This document shows positions 49,030 through 59,184 of a DNA stretch of 64,000 bases, in pieces. The notes under the pieces were generated by a model, which did not search any database, was not told where the DNA came from, and saw nothing but the letters and a program-made list of their open reading frames with translations. The translations under genes were made by a program, and so were the position numbers. Location: contig OY764216.1 in the NCBI GenBank assembly GCA_963668315.1, forward strand, positions 768,001 to 832,000, in the 5' to 3' direction. This stretch comes from Spirochaetia bacterium. Its GTDB lineage: Bacteria; Spirochaetota; Spirochaetia; DSM-2461. Each line of letters begins with the position of its first letter. The first letter of the stretch is position 1.

Positions 49030-50317
49030 GCGCAGTCTGTTCATTATGGGATACCGCAACCTTCTGCGGCACAGACAGAAGCAGTTCTTTCTGACCGCCG
49101 CCCTGACTCTCTGTTTTGCTCTCATTTCCCTTCTTTCCCTTGTTTCCGAAGGGATGAACCGCAATGTGACCGATTCTTCCCGGGTCCACTACGGGGGAGA
49201 TCTTTTCCTCGTCGGATTCTACGGGGATAACCGTGACAGGCCCGCCTGGGCTGACCGGCCGGAAACCCTTTTTGCCCTGGCGGAGGATGTGCCCGGAACG
49301 GCCGCTCCCCGGAGCCAGCTTTTCCGAAAGGGCTGGCTCTATTTCAACGGACGTCCCCAGCTCCTGAAGAACGTCATCGGGCTGGATTACGGAACAGAGA
49401 AGAGCTGGCTGAGCCGTTATGACGTGGCGGAAGGTGATATGGATCTTCTGGATTCCCCGGGCTCGGTGGTGCTCTCCTCTGCCCTGGCCGAGATCATGAA
49501 TCTTCACGCGGGGGACGGGGTCATTCTGAAAACGACCAATCCCCGCGGGCAGGTCAACACGGGTGATTTCACCGTGGCGGCACTCATTCATGACGATACC
49601 CTGCTGGGGTACTACCGCCTCTTCATGGACAGGAGGGATTTGAACGGCCTGATGGGGTGGAGTGAGGATGAATTCAGCTCTCTGGGAATATACCTGGATA
49701 ATCCGGACAAGGCTGATTTATGGGCGGAAACGCTTTACGGGAGGCTAAGCCAAGAGCTTCCCTCGGGAGAGCCTGTCTACACCCGGGACGACTATTACCG
49801 GGAGACGGGGAAAAGCTGGACGGGGGTACGGTATTTCGCCTATGCCCTGAGCGTATATGTTTCCGATGTGGCCGACCTTCTGACGGCGATGGATCTGGTA
49901 TCCTACTTCATCTATCTGATGATGCTCCTCATAACCTTTGTCTCCGTGCTGGTCACCTACCGTATCCTTCTCCATGACCGCAGCCGGGAGCTGGCCGTTT
50001 TTCAGGCCGTGGGGATGACCGGAAGACAGATGGAGGGGATGCTTTTCATCGAGATTCTTCTCCTGCTGCTGGTCTCTCTGGCGGCGGGAACGGTTCTCTC
50101 CTTTCTCATGCTCTGGGGGATGAGGGGATTCTCCTTCGAGGATATCCAGGGGTTCGGGATTTTTCTGAATCGGGGAAATTTGACGGGGAGATTTGTTTTT
50201 TCCCGATTTTGCTTTAATATTAGTGTTATTCTTGCCGGCGTACTGATCCCCGTATGGCTTTTGGTACGCCATGAAGTCAGAAGGCCTCTGGCCCTGACTC
50301 TTAAGGGAGAAAAATGA
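49022..50317 (+). CDS. FtsX/LolC-E-like ABC permease 2
   Basis: GYRNLLRH, DRSRELAVFQAVGM, four-TM layout; TTG start overlaps the previous stop. Confidence 0.88.
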   Translation: MNKRSLFIMGYRNLLRHRQKQFFLTAALTLCFALISLLSLVSEGMNRNVTDSSRVHYGGDLFLVGFYGDNRDRPAWADRPETLFALAEDVPGTAAPRSQLFRKGWLYFNGRPQLLKNVIGLDYGTEKSWLSRYDVAEGDMDLLDSPGSVVLSSALAEIMNLHAGDGVILKTTNPRGQVNTGDFTVAALIHDDTLLGYYRLFMDRRDLNGLMGWSEDEFSSLGIYLDNPDKADLWAETLYGRLSQELPSGEPVYTRDDYYRETGKSWTGVRYFAYALSVYVSDVADLLTAMDLVSYFIYLMMLLITFVSVLVTYRILLHDRSRELAVFQAVGMTGRQMEGMLFIEILLLLLVSLAAGTVLSFLMLWGMRGFSFEDIQGFGIFLNRGNLTGRFVFSRFCFNISVILAGVLIPVWLLVRHEVRRPLALTLKGEK

Positions 50318-51075
50318 GAAAAATACTCTTTGCTGCTTTTTTACTATACATGACAAGCTTTCTGTTCGCCGTGGACTTTCAGGCGCTTCTGGCCGAGGCG
50401 GACAGGCTGGTCAATTATCCCGCCACCGATTTTCAGGCCCGCTATACCATTGTTCAGGATAAACCCGGCGAAGGCCGTATCACCACGGTCGCTTCCGTTT
50501 TCAGACGGGACCGCTCCGAGACATACACCATTGTCATAGAAGATCCGGCGGAGAACCGGGGCCAGGGATATCTGAAGCAGGGAGAGACCCTGTGGGTTTA
50601 CGATCCCGAATCGCGCCAATTCAACTCCACCAGCTCCTCCGAGCGTTTTCAGAATACCAACGCCCGCAATTCCGATTTTACCCGATCCACCCTGGCTCAG
50701 GATTACAGGGTGACCGGTTCGGAGCAGGTGGCCCTGGGCCGCTATAACTGCTGGCTTCTGGATCTGGAAGGTGTTGTGGATAACCTCACCTATCCGAAAA
50801 TGAAAATCTGGATTGATGAGGACCATCTTGTCAGGAAGACCGAAGACTACAGTCTTTCCGGGCGTCTTCTGCGCAGTTCCGTTTTTCCCTCCTACCATGA
50901 GCTGAACGGGCTTTACGTCCCCTATAAAGTTCTCTATGTGGACCAGCTGGAAGGGGCTATGGTCAACGGGAAATTTCAGCAGGAAAAGACCCAGGTCACC
51001 ATTGAGAATCCTTCTTTGACCGATCTGCCCGATTCGGTATTTTCCAAATCCTTCCTGGAGCGGGTAAGCCATTGA
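50314..51075 (+). CDS. Outer-membrane lipoprotein-sorting protein (LolA-like periplasmic protein)
   Basis: Signal peptide; GQGYLKQGETLWVYDP, F..T.....SDF, YSLSGRLLR, LPDSVFSKSFLE. Confidence 0.85.
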   Translation: MRKILFAAFLLYMTSFLFAVDFQALLAEADRLVNYPATDFQARYTIVQDKPGEGRITTVASVFRRDRSETYTIVIEDPAENRGQGYLKQGETLWVYDPESRQFNSTSSSERFQNTNARNSDFTRSTLAQDYRVTGSEQVALGRYNCWLLDLEGVVDNLTYPKMKIWIDEDHLVRKTEDYSLSGRLLRSSVFPSYHELNGLYVPYKVLYVDQLEGAMVNGKFQQEKTQVTIENPSLTDLPDSVFSKSFLERVSH

Positions 51076-52367
51076 CGCGCGCCGTTCCCTTTCTGCTCGC
51101 CCTGCTGTTGACCTCTTTTGTTTACAGCCAGTCCTCCGATGATCTTCTGGATGCCGCCGATTCGCTGGATTCCCTCTTTGACGACCCCGTGGCGGAAGAA
51201 ACGGATAGAGAGGATAATCCGCAGGTGAGCGAACCGATGGGGGAGAGTTCCGTTCTGGAGGATCTGTTGGACCGGAAAACCCTGGATGTTAAGGGAAACT
51301 TCACCCTGACCGGCGGGTATACCCCCGGTTTTGACGGGATGCCTCCAAGCCCGGGGAATTTTAACGACAGCCTGATCCTGGAACTGAATTCCCAGTTGAT
51401 CCTGGATTTTCATCTGTCCCGGGAGTTCCGTTTTTATCAGAAATGGGTTCTGGAAGCGCCGGATTTTATTCTGGATCCGTCGGAGGTTTTTGCCGATTAT
51501 CACCCCAACGACACGCTTTTCCTCAGAGCGGGGCGGTTTAATGTGACTTGGGGGGAATCGCGTAACTTCTCCCATACCAACCTGGTCGCCCGCCTGCCTG
51601 ATATGGCGATAGGCGAATCGTTCGGAGGTAAAGACATTCTGGCCCTTCGCCTGACTATCCCCTGGAAAACCGGTTCCGTGGAGGCCCTCTCCCTGGCAAG
51701 GGACGGATTCTGGAAGAGCGAATCGAGTACGCCCGGTGTTCAGGATTTCGGCTGGGGGCTGCGCATCAATCCGCCTCTGCCCTTCGCAGACGCCACTCTG
51801 TCGGTTTTCGCCCATCCCCAGCTGAACCTCCGTTCCGCCGCCAGCGTGAAAACGACCCTCTTTGACTCAATTGAAGCCTATGGTGAGTTTCTGGTGACCG
51901 TGGATAAGAGTTTGTACTATGGCAGTTATAACCCGGATAAAACCACCGCCGACGGCAAGCCGGACAATCCCATCGATTATTCCCTCAACGGCGGTTTGTA
52001 CCGGGATTTTCTGGATAGCCGCCTCTCTCTGGGAGGGGAGTATTTCTTCAACGGGGAAGAGTCGGAACTGACTCTGGCCAGCGGTACATGGGCTCTCTTT
52101 TATGGCCACAACCTGGCGCTCTACGCCCGGTGGAAACAAAATGACTGGGACCTTTCCCTCTACGGCCGGTATAACCACTATTACCGGAGCGGGATTCTCG
52201 GGCCCGGTTTCAACTGGTACTTTGCCGACGGGGCGAAACTTCAGCTGGGCGGCGCCTGGTCCTGGGGTGCCGATGGTTACGGAGGAACGAACCCCGATGA
52301 CTGGAACAGGGATGCTCTGATGTTTATCAGACTGGTTATAAACGGTTCCTGGGATGCAAGCCTGTGA
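51072..52367 (+). CDS. Secreted protein, probable outer-membrane beta-barrel
   Basis: Signal peptide, acidic N-terminal extension, LRAGRFNVTWG, GEYFFNG, aromatic amphipathic strands. Confidence 0.65.
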   Translation: MTRAVPFLLALLLTSFVYSQSSDDLLDAADSLDSLFDDPVAEETDREDNPQVSEPMGESSVLEDLLDRKTLDVKGNFTLTGGYTPGFDGMPPSPGNFNDSLILELNSQLILDFHLSREFRFYQKWVLEAPDFILDPSEVFADYHPNDTLFLRAGRFNVTWGESRNFSHTNLVARLPDMAIGESFGGKDILALRLTIPWKTGSVEALSLARDGFWKSESSTPGVQDFGWGLRINPPLPFADATLSVFAHPQLNLRSAASVKTTLFDSIEAYGEFLVTVDKSLYYGSYNPDKTTADGKPDNPIDYSLNGGLYRDFLDSRLSLGGEYFFNGEESELTLASGTWALFYGHNLALYARWKQNDWDLSLYGRYNHYYRSGILGPGFNWYFADGAKLQLGGAWSWGADGYGGTNPDDWNRDALMFIRLVINGSWDASL

Positions 52368-53254
52368 CCGGTGTGACCGCCGTCATCGTCACCTTCAATA
52401 ACAGAGATTTAGTCCTTCAACAGCTGGAACGGCTGCTGAAGCGCGAGAGAGAAGGGTTCCGCATCATTCTTGTGGATAACGGCTCCTCCGACGGGACAGC
52501 CGAAGGGGTGGAATCCCGCTGGGGCCGCGATAGAAGAGTCCGCCTGGTTCGGCAGGAGAAGAACCGGGGCGGCGCGGGAGGTTTCCGGCGGGGCGTGGAA
52601 GAGGCCCTGAAGGGGAAAAACGACCTTTTCTGGCTTCTCGATGACGATGCCGTTCCCCGGGAGGACGCCCTGGATGAGCTCTTGAAGGCGGCCGGATCGA
52701 TTAAGGGGCCCTGGGGCGCCCTGGCTTCGCTCATCGCCCAGCAGGAAAATCCGGACAGGGTTACCGAAGCGGGCGGGGAAATCCGCTGGCTGAGGGGTAA
52801 ACTCAAGGCGAATCATCAGAATGAACCGGTCTCCTCGATCCATCCCGAGCCGGTAAAGGTCGGCCATGGGGCGGCGGCTTCCCTGCTTATCCGCCGGGAG
52901 GTTGTGGAAAAATACGGCTTCTTTGAGGATATCTTTATCCATTTCGACGATGTGGAGTGGTGCTGCCGGATCGCCCGCCGCGGTTTTCCCGTCTATGCCG
53001 TTGCCCGATCCGTCGTCTACCATCCCTTCAAGAAAGGTTCGGCTCCGGGATGGATCCGCTATTACGACGCCCGCAATATTCTCCTCGTGTACCGCCGCAA
53101 CAAACCGCTTCTTCTTCCCGTTCCCCTCATCCGTTTTTGTCTGATGGCTCTGGTTTTTCTTTTAAGAGGGGAGAAGGAAACGGCCCGGTTCATAATTATG
53201 GGACAGAGGGATTTTTTCAAAAAACGTATCAGAATGAGGGACGAGCTGACTTGA
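52364..53254 (+). CDS. Glycosyltransferase family 2 (galactofuranosyl/rhamnosyltransferase-like)
   Basis: VIVTFN, VDNGSSDGT, NRGGAGGF, WLLDDDA, FIHFDDVEW, YYDARN; GTGA coupling. Confidence 0.88.
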   Translation: MTGVTAVIVTFNNRDLVLQQLERLLKREREGFRIILVDNGSSDGTAEGVESRWGRDRRVRLVRQEKNRGGAGGFRRGVEEALKGKNDLFWLLDDDAVPREDALDELLKAAGSIKGPWGALASLIAQQENPDRVTEAGGEIRWLRGKLKANHQNEPVSSIHPEPVKVGHGAAASLLIRREVVEKYGFFEDIFIHFDDVEWCCRIARRGFPVYAVARSVVYHPFKKGSAPGWIRYYDARNILLVYRRNKPLLLPVPLIRFCLMALVFLLRGEKETARFIIMGQRDFFKKRIRMRDELT

Positions 53255-53277
53255 TACCGTCGAAGTTCTCTCGGGGG

Positions 53278-54411
53278 TTATTCAACCTCCAGGTTGGGAA
53301 ACTTGAGGGTGAATCGGGCTCCTCCCCATTCGGATGTATCGACCCGTATCTCCCCGCCGAGGTGTTTCATTATCTGATAGGACACATTCAGGCCCAGGCC
53401 GGTTCCTTTTCCCGCGGCTTTCGTTGTGAAAAAGGGGTCGAATATTTTGGATCTGTTCTCCTCTGTTATTCCCGGACCGTTATCTCCTATTGAGCAGTAG
53501 ATCCAGGAAGGATCCTTTTCGAATCCGATTTTGATAATACCCCCCTCTGCCGGTATGGCGTGTCGGGCATTATTAAGTAGGTTGAGCAATATCTGATGCA
53601 GCTTTTCCTCCGTTCCGGAAACGGGGGGAATGGCCCGGGACTCCCAGATGATTTCCGGGTTTTTACGGGAGCTGTGGCCGGATGCTGTCAGTGCTCCTTT
53701 GACACACTTTTTCAGGTCAACCGGTTTGTTGGCAGCGAGGGTATCCATGCGGGAGAGCCCTCTTATGTTGCTGACGATTTCGTGAATGCGGAGAATCCCT
53801 TCCCGATTATCCTTTATCAGTTCCCTCGTGTCATTCATGATACGGATGATCTGCTCATGGTTTTCCGGCTTGAGATGATCGGGCACTGCTTCGGCATAGA
53901 GTGAGACCGTTTGCTCTATTTGCTCAAGATACTCTTCCAGAGTTTGGAAATTACTCTTTATGAAACTTATGGGATTGTTGATTTCATGGGCGATTCCGGC
54001 GGCCATCAAACCCAGGGCCGAAAGCTTTTCATCCCGGGCCATCATCTCTTTCTGGGTTTCTATCGTTTTGATCATTTTGTCGATGGAAAGGGCGAGGGAG
54101 CCTATTTCATCCCTACCGATCAAGGGCAGGGAAAAGCCGCTCTGGTTTGCATTATAGAGTCTGGTAGACTTTTCCAGATGTTCCAAAGGCTTGATAATTC
54201 TCCTCCGGGAAAAGACGAGGAGGAACGTAAAGAAGAGGACTACCATCACGGCGAGGAAAGAGCTGTAGAAGGAAAGAAAAATTTCTATCCGACCCGGAAC
54301 GTGGTGTAGAGATTTCAGAAGATGGAGCAAGTAAGAGAGTGAAATGAGAAGACTCAGAATCACCGCCAGGAGAAAAGAGAAGAAAAGCAGGCTTTTTTTG
54401 CGGATGGTCAT
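53278..54411 (-). CDS. HAMP-domain sensor histidine kinase
   Basis: Two [50 protein letters not shown]. Confidence 0.95.
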   Translation of the reverse strand: MTIRKKSLLFFSFLLAVILSLLISLSYLLHLLKSLHHVPGRIEIFLSFYSSFLAVMVVLFFTFLLVFSRRRIIKPLEHLEKSTRLYNANQSGFSLPLIGRDEIGSLALSIDKMIKTIETQKEMMARDEKLSALGLMAAGIAHEINNPISFIKSNFQTLEEYLEQIEQTVSLYAEAVPDHLKPENHEQIIRIMNDTRELIKDNREGILRIHEIVSNIRGLSRMDTLAANKPVDLKKCVKGALTASGHSSRKNPEIIWESRAIPPVSGTEEKLHQILLNLLNNARHAIPAEGGIIKIGFEKDPSWIYCSIGDNGPGITEENRSKIFDPFFTTKAAGKGTGLGLNVSYQIMKHLGGEIRVDTSEWGGARFTLKFPNLEVE

Positions 54412-55547
54412 AGATTCATCTCAAGGGAAATCAGAGTCATATCATCTTTTATCTCTTCGTTTGTCTGAAGCCTTTTTATATCTTCCATCACCGCCGACAC
54501 GAAATAGGGATTATCCTTGTAAAACAGGAATATCTCCTTAAGCCGGGAAATCCCTCCGTCCAGTTCGGAAAGACCGTCGGTATAGAGAACGATCCGATCC
54601 TTGTCCCTCAGAGATAGGCGGCTGTCCGAATAGGCGATGTCCGTGAGAAATCCCATGGCCGTTCCCTGCGATTCCATTTCGAGCAGTTTCCCGTCTCTTA
54701 TGATGAGGGGAGGCATGTGGCCCCCGTTGCTCACGGTCATCGTTCTGTCTCTCAGGTTCATATGGCAGAGACAGAAACTGATGAAAAGGGGTTGGATGCT
54801 GCTTATGACCTGAGAGACCCGGTGGTTCAGATAGGCCATGATGCGGCTGAGGGAGACGTCAGTGTTCAATAATCGGGAAAAAGTCGCTTCATTCGTAATT
54901 GTCTTAAGGATGAAGGTGATGAAAGCCGCCTTGATACCGTGGCCCGAAACATCGCCTATCGCGATAAGGTAGTTGTCTTCGTTGATTCTGATAAGGTCGT
55001 AGTAATCGCCGCCGCAGGAGAGCTGAGGTTTGTAATTGACCGAAAAGCTGAACCGGTCATCCTTCTCGAAGCGAGGGGCCAGAAATTTTTCCTGAGTCAG
55101 GCCTCCGCCGATAAATTCAACCCGGAGCTGCTCGGCAGACGTGCGGTAGGCATTTTCATTTTTATAGCGGTGAAAGGCTTTCCGAACTTCCCTTTCCAGA
55201 TCATCTCTGTTCCAGGGCTTGAGGATGAAGGAGAAAATCCCGGTGCGGATGGTATTAATGATATCATCCGTGTCGGTGTAGGCCGTAAGCAGTATGGGCA
55301 CAATGCGGTCATTGATCTCTTTTGCTTTGCCGATGAAGTCGCACCCTTTGAGTTCGGCCATTCTCTGATCGGAAATCAGTACGGCTGTTTTTTCGGGATA
55401 CTCTTTAATGTAAGAAAGAGCGACAAGGGGATTGGTGAAAGATTTGATCTCCAGGGAAATCTCATCGGCCAGATTAGACAGTTCTCTCTCCAGAGCCCTG
55501 AGAATCGGCTTTTCATCATCCACCAAGAGAATGGCGGGCGTATTCAT
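54408..55547 (-). CDS. Response regulator receiver fused to SpoIIE/PP2C phosphatase
   Basis: ILLVDDE, ISDQRM, KPW; GGDYYD, GDVSGHG, YTDGL, DDMT. ATG 55547 follows AGGAG. Confidence 0.93.
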   Translation of the reverse strand: MNTPAILLVDDEKPILRALERELSNLADEISLEIKSFTNPLVALSYIKEYPEKTAVLISDQRMAELKGCDFIGKAKEINDRIVPILLTAYTDTDDIINTIRTGIFSFILKPWNRDDLEREVRKAFHRYKNENAYRTSAEQLRVEFIGGGLTQEKFLAPRFEKDDRFSFSVNYKPQLSCGGDYYDLIRINEDNYLIAIGDVSGHGIKAAFITFILKTITNEATFSRLLNTDVSLSRIMAYLNHRVSQVISSIQPLFISFCLCHMNLRDRTMTVSNGGHMPPLIIRDGKLLEMESQGTAMGFLTDIAYSDSRLSLRDKDRIVLYTDGLSELDGGISRLKEIFLFYKDNPYFVSAVMEDIKRLQTNEEIKDDMTLISLEMNL

Positions 55548-55775
55548 AATAGCTCCTGTTTTGTTTTTACATCTTTTTATAATAGTATACAGGACATAAT
55601 TTAGCATAAAAAACATAAATCATCAAATTTTATTGTGAACGGTTTGTGAAAGAGCCAATTACAAGGCGGGAAATCCTTCAGATGAATAAGACAGGGATCG
55701 AATTTGAAGAAATAGCCCGAGTGCTGTATAATAGGCTCCTATGTCGTTATATCTCCCGATTGAATGTGGTAAGCC

Positions 55776-57251
55776 ATGGAATTGATGAAACAGCACGGCC
55801 GCTTCCAGGTGGAAGTGAAGCACCACTATCCTCTGGATCTGGGCAGGAATAATCAGTTTGCCCTGGATCTCTATCTGCTCTCCCCCTATAGCCTGGATAT
55901 ACAGGAGAATACCTATCCCCGGGGCGAGATTCTGGCCGACACCCATATCTATACCCGTTATTCCATTTACAATACGACCTTGGAGGAGATCCTCTACCGG
56001 GAGAATATCCGCAGTCCCCTGATCCGGCTGGAATCGATACTGAAAGGAAATTCCGAAGTAACGGAGGATCAGAAACAGCGGGTTCTCTACGAGTTTCGGG
56101 TTCTGGCCAACACCTTCCTGGATGTGATGGATGAAAGGGAAAAGTATTTCAAATCCCTCATTTTTCAGAAAGACCCTTCGATCAACATTAAGGAGAGGGT
56201 GATCTATTTTTACGGGTTGATGGAGGAGTTCCTGACCCGCTTCCGGACATTGACGAAGACAAAGGATGACAGCCGCTACGATAAGACGATAGAGAATGCC
56301 TACTCCCTGGCCGATGAGATCATCAGTCTGTCCATTGAGAGAATTCTCTCCCCCCTCCTGAATTATTTCAACGATGCCGAAGGAGCCACCGGTAAGAAGC
56401 GGATAAGAAAACTGCTTCAGAGCGAGTCGGAATACCGGCGCGATATGGATTATGCCTATATCGATATGAATAATGTCACAGAGAAGGACAAGGAGAGACT
56501 GGCCTTTCGTGAGGGGATTCTGAAAAAATGGGCCCATTCGGTGAATTATATGGACAAAAAGAGCTCTTCCCTGAATGCCAATACGGGCCATCTGCTGGCG
56601 GCAATCGCGGCGGCGGTGGCCATGACTTTTGCCGTTCTGGCCACCCTGTACGCCAACCGCTTTTTCGTTTCCTACAGCCTGCCCTGGATCGCCATAGCCA
56701 TTTTGTCCTACTCCCTTAAGGACCGGATCAAAGAGGGACTTCGGGCGATATTCAAGAAGCTGATACCTGTCATGATTTCGGATAAAACGGATAATCTTTA
56801 TGATAACCTGATCAACCATCCTGTGGGCCGGGCGCGTCTGACCGTGGAGCATCTTAGAAAAAAGGAGCTTCCCGAGTATCTGCTGGATGCCTTCAGGGAG
56901 AAAGAGGACGCCCTGCGTTCCATTCTCCCTCCGGAAAATGTTATTCATATCCGAAGAAAGGTGACAATACGGGGGAAGCGCTTAAGGCCCCTTCATGTCA
57001 GACTGTCCTCCATAACCGAGGTTTTCCGAATGAATCTGTTCCGTTTCACCCGGAATATGGATGATCCGGAGAAAACTCTCTGGTTTCTGAATCAGAACGA
57101 TCCGGTCCCCGTGGAAAGTTCCCGTGTGTACCGTCTTCAGTTCGCCATTGCCGTGACGAAGGAGAAGGAGGAACCGCTGTGGTTCTTCTACAATGTGATT
57201 ATGAGACAGGACGGGATTCTTCGTGTCGAGCCGATGAAAGGACTTGGTTGA
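55776..57251 (+). CDS. Hypothetical membrane protein
   Basis: 491-aa ORF filling the gap between divergent and convergent genes; two adjacent hydrophobic segments; no motif recognised. Confidence 0.75.
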   Translation: MELMKQHGRFQVEVKHHYPLDLGRNNQFALDLYLLSPYSLDIQENTYPRGEILADTHIYTRYSIYNTTLEEILYRENIRSPLIRLESILKGNSEVTEDQKQRVLYEFRVLANTFLDVMDEREKYFKSLIFQKDPSINIKERVIYFYGLMEEFLTRFRTLTKTKDDSRYDKTIENAYSLADEIISLSIERILSPLLNYFNDAEGATGKKRIRKLLQSESEYRRDMDYAYIDMNNVTEKDKERLAFREGILKKWAHSVNYMDKKSSSLNANTGHLLAAIAAAVAMTFAVLATLYANRFFVSYSLPWIAIAILSYSLKDRIKEGLRAIFKKLIPVMISDKTDNLYDNLINHPVGRARLTVEHLRKKELPEYLLDAFREKEDALRSILPPENVIHIRRKVTIRGKRLRPLHVRLSSITEVFRMNLFRFTRNMDDPEKTLWFLNQNDPVPVESSRVYRLQFAIAVTKEKEEPLWFFYNVIMRQDGILRVEPMKGLG

Positions 57252-59184
57252 TTGAGTCGATAAGTTCTTCTTTACGGAAGGGCTTCTGGACAAATCCCGA
57301 GAGGCCTTCCTGTTCCAGCTGATACAGATCCTGGTCTTTGGTGAATCCGGAAGTAAGAATGACGGGACAGGAGGGATTAATCTGCCTGATCTTTCTGAAA
57401 AATTCCCGGCCGTTCATCTCGGGCATGATCATATCGGTGATAACGAGCTGTATGGAATCGGGATCCCGGGAGTATTTTTCCAGGCCCTCCCTTCCGTTTT
57501 CCGCCAGGATAACATCGAAGCCCATCATTTCCAGGATGGGTTTTCCCGTTTTTCTGATGATTTCCTCATCGTCGACCAGGAGGATCCTGCCGGGATTTCC
57601 CTTTGTTATTTCCGGTACCGGTTTGGTCTGCTCCGGGGAAGAGCCGGTCCGCTGTTCATCGGTGCAGAGGGGAAGGTAGATATGGAAGACCGTCCCCTTG
57701 CCCGGTTCGCTGTACACCGTAATGGCTCCCTTGTGGTCCTGTATCGTTCCGTAGACCATGGCGAGCCCCAGTCCCGTGCCTTTGCCCAGTTCCTTTGATG
57801 TGTAGAAGGGCTCGAAAATCTTCGAAATGTATTCCGGTTCGATGCCGATTCCCGTATCTCTGACAATCAGTTCTATATAGGGACCCGGTTCTATCTCGAA
57901 GGAACTGTAGCGGCAATAATTCTCATCAAGTACCACGTTGCGGGTTTCCAGGGTAAGATCGCCTCCGTCGGGCATGGCATGGGCCGCGTTGATGCTTAAG
58001 TTCATAAGGCAGTTCTGAAGGGAGGCTCCGTTCCCCGAGAAAAAGTAATTCTGCGCGTTTTCCTCGAGAATCACGTTGATTCTTTTATCCAGCGTCCGGT
58101 CAAGGAGTAGGACGGTATCGTGGATGACTCCGTGAAGATCAACCACCGTTGTGCTTATGTTTCTTTTGCGTCCGAAGGCAAGAAGCTTCCCCGTCAGTTC
58201 GGCCGCCCTGTCCGCCGTGTCCAGTATCATTTTAACGAAATCCCGGTTCTGCCCCTTTATGGCTTCATCCTGCTCCAGAAGCTGGGCGGCTCCGGAAATT
58301 CCGGCCAGCATGTTGTTGAAGTCGTGGGCCACTCCGCCGGCCAGCTGGCCGATGGCGTCCATTTTCCTGGCCTGTATGAGCTGTTCCTCCATCTTCGTTT
58401 TTTCGTTCATTTCATGGTTAAGATCTTCGATTTTCTCTTTGATGGACTGCTGCATGGATCTTACGCTGTGGGAGAGAAGACTGACTTCGTCCCGGCCCCG
58501 GGCCCTGACAATCTGGTTAAGCTCTCCCTGGGCGATTTTGCCCGTAATGGCCGTTAACTCTATTATGGGGGCGGTGATGCTGTAGGAGATAAGGATCAGA
58601 AGAGGAATGATAAAGGCGGAAAAAAGGATCATGGTCAGCATCTGAACCTTCAGGAAATTGTTGATGTCCTGATATTTCTCCTTCAGGGGGACGCAGAAAA
58701 CCACAATCCAGTCCCAGGGTTCGAAGGTTTCGAAAATATACCACTTCTCAACACCCCTGTAGGTCAGGTAAACATCGGAGGCCGCTGTTTCGCGGATATG
58801 CCGGATCTCCTCCAGGGATTCAAGAGAGGTTTCGCCACGGGAAAGATCGGGATGAAGGATCACCGAGAGATCTCTGTCCAGTATGAATGGGTAGACCCCC
58901 GTGTCCTTTCTGCCGTAATAGGTCCGGCTGAGGTTCTGGAGGAAACTTTCCTGGAAATCGTCGACATAGACTTCACGGGAGCCGGTTTTCTCCAGCCTTT
59001 CCTCGGCCCTTTCCATCTCTTTGATGATAATGTTTATTTTCTCTTCGTACAGATTTATCTGACTGGAGTTTATAATGCGGGTCAGCTGGATACGGGAGAT
59101 CAGGAACGTGGACGTATTGAGAATGAGTAACGTTCCCACGGTAAGCAGGATAAGCTTGGTTTTTATCGAATGCAGAAAATTCAT
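57199..59184 (-). CDS. Hybrid sensor histidine kinase/response regulator (Cache-like, HAMP, HisKA, HATPase, REC)
   Basis: FEPWDWIV, AGGVAHDFNN, GTGLGL, ILLVDDE, TDMIMP. ATG 59184 overlaps the upstream stop (ATGA). Confidence 0.95.
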   Translation of the reverse strand: MNFLHSIKTKLILLTVGTLLILNTSTFLISRIQLTRIINSSQINLYEEKINIIIKEMERAEERLEKTGSREVYVDDFQESFLQNLSRTYYGRKDTGVYPFILDRDLSVILHPDLSRGETSLESLEEIRHIRETAASDVYLTYRGVEKWYIFETFEPWDWIVVFCVPLKEKYQDINNFLKVQMLTMILFSAFIIPLLILISYSITAPIIELTAITGKIAQGELNQIVRARGRDEVSLLSHSVRSMQQSIKEKIEDLNHEMNEKTKMEEQLIQARKMDAIGQLAGGVAHDFNNMLAGISGAAQLLEQDEAIKGQNRDFVKMILDTADRAAELTGKLLAFGRKRNISTTVVDLHGVIHDTVLLLDRTLDKRINVILEENAQNYFFSGNGASLQNCLMNLSINAAHAMPDGGDLTLETRNVVLDENYCRYSSFEIEPGPYIELIVRDTGIGIEPEYISKIFEPFYTSKELGKGTGLGLAMVYGTIQDHKGAITVYSEPGKGTVFHIYLPLCTDEQRTGSSPEQTKPVPEITKGNPGRILLVDDEEIIRKTGKPILEMMGFDVILAENGREGLEKYSRDPDSIQLVITDMIMPEMNGREFFRKIRQINPSCPVILTSGFTKDQDLYQLEQEGLSGFVQKPFRKEELIDSINQVLSSARHEESRPVS

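Noticed and set aside
55659..56948. 429-aa antisense ORF
   Set aside because: Mirrors the plus-strand ORF 55776-57251, which has more protein-like composition and TM segments.
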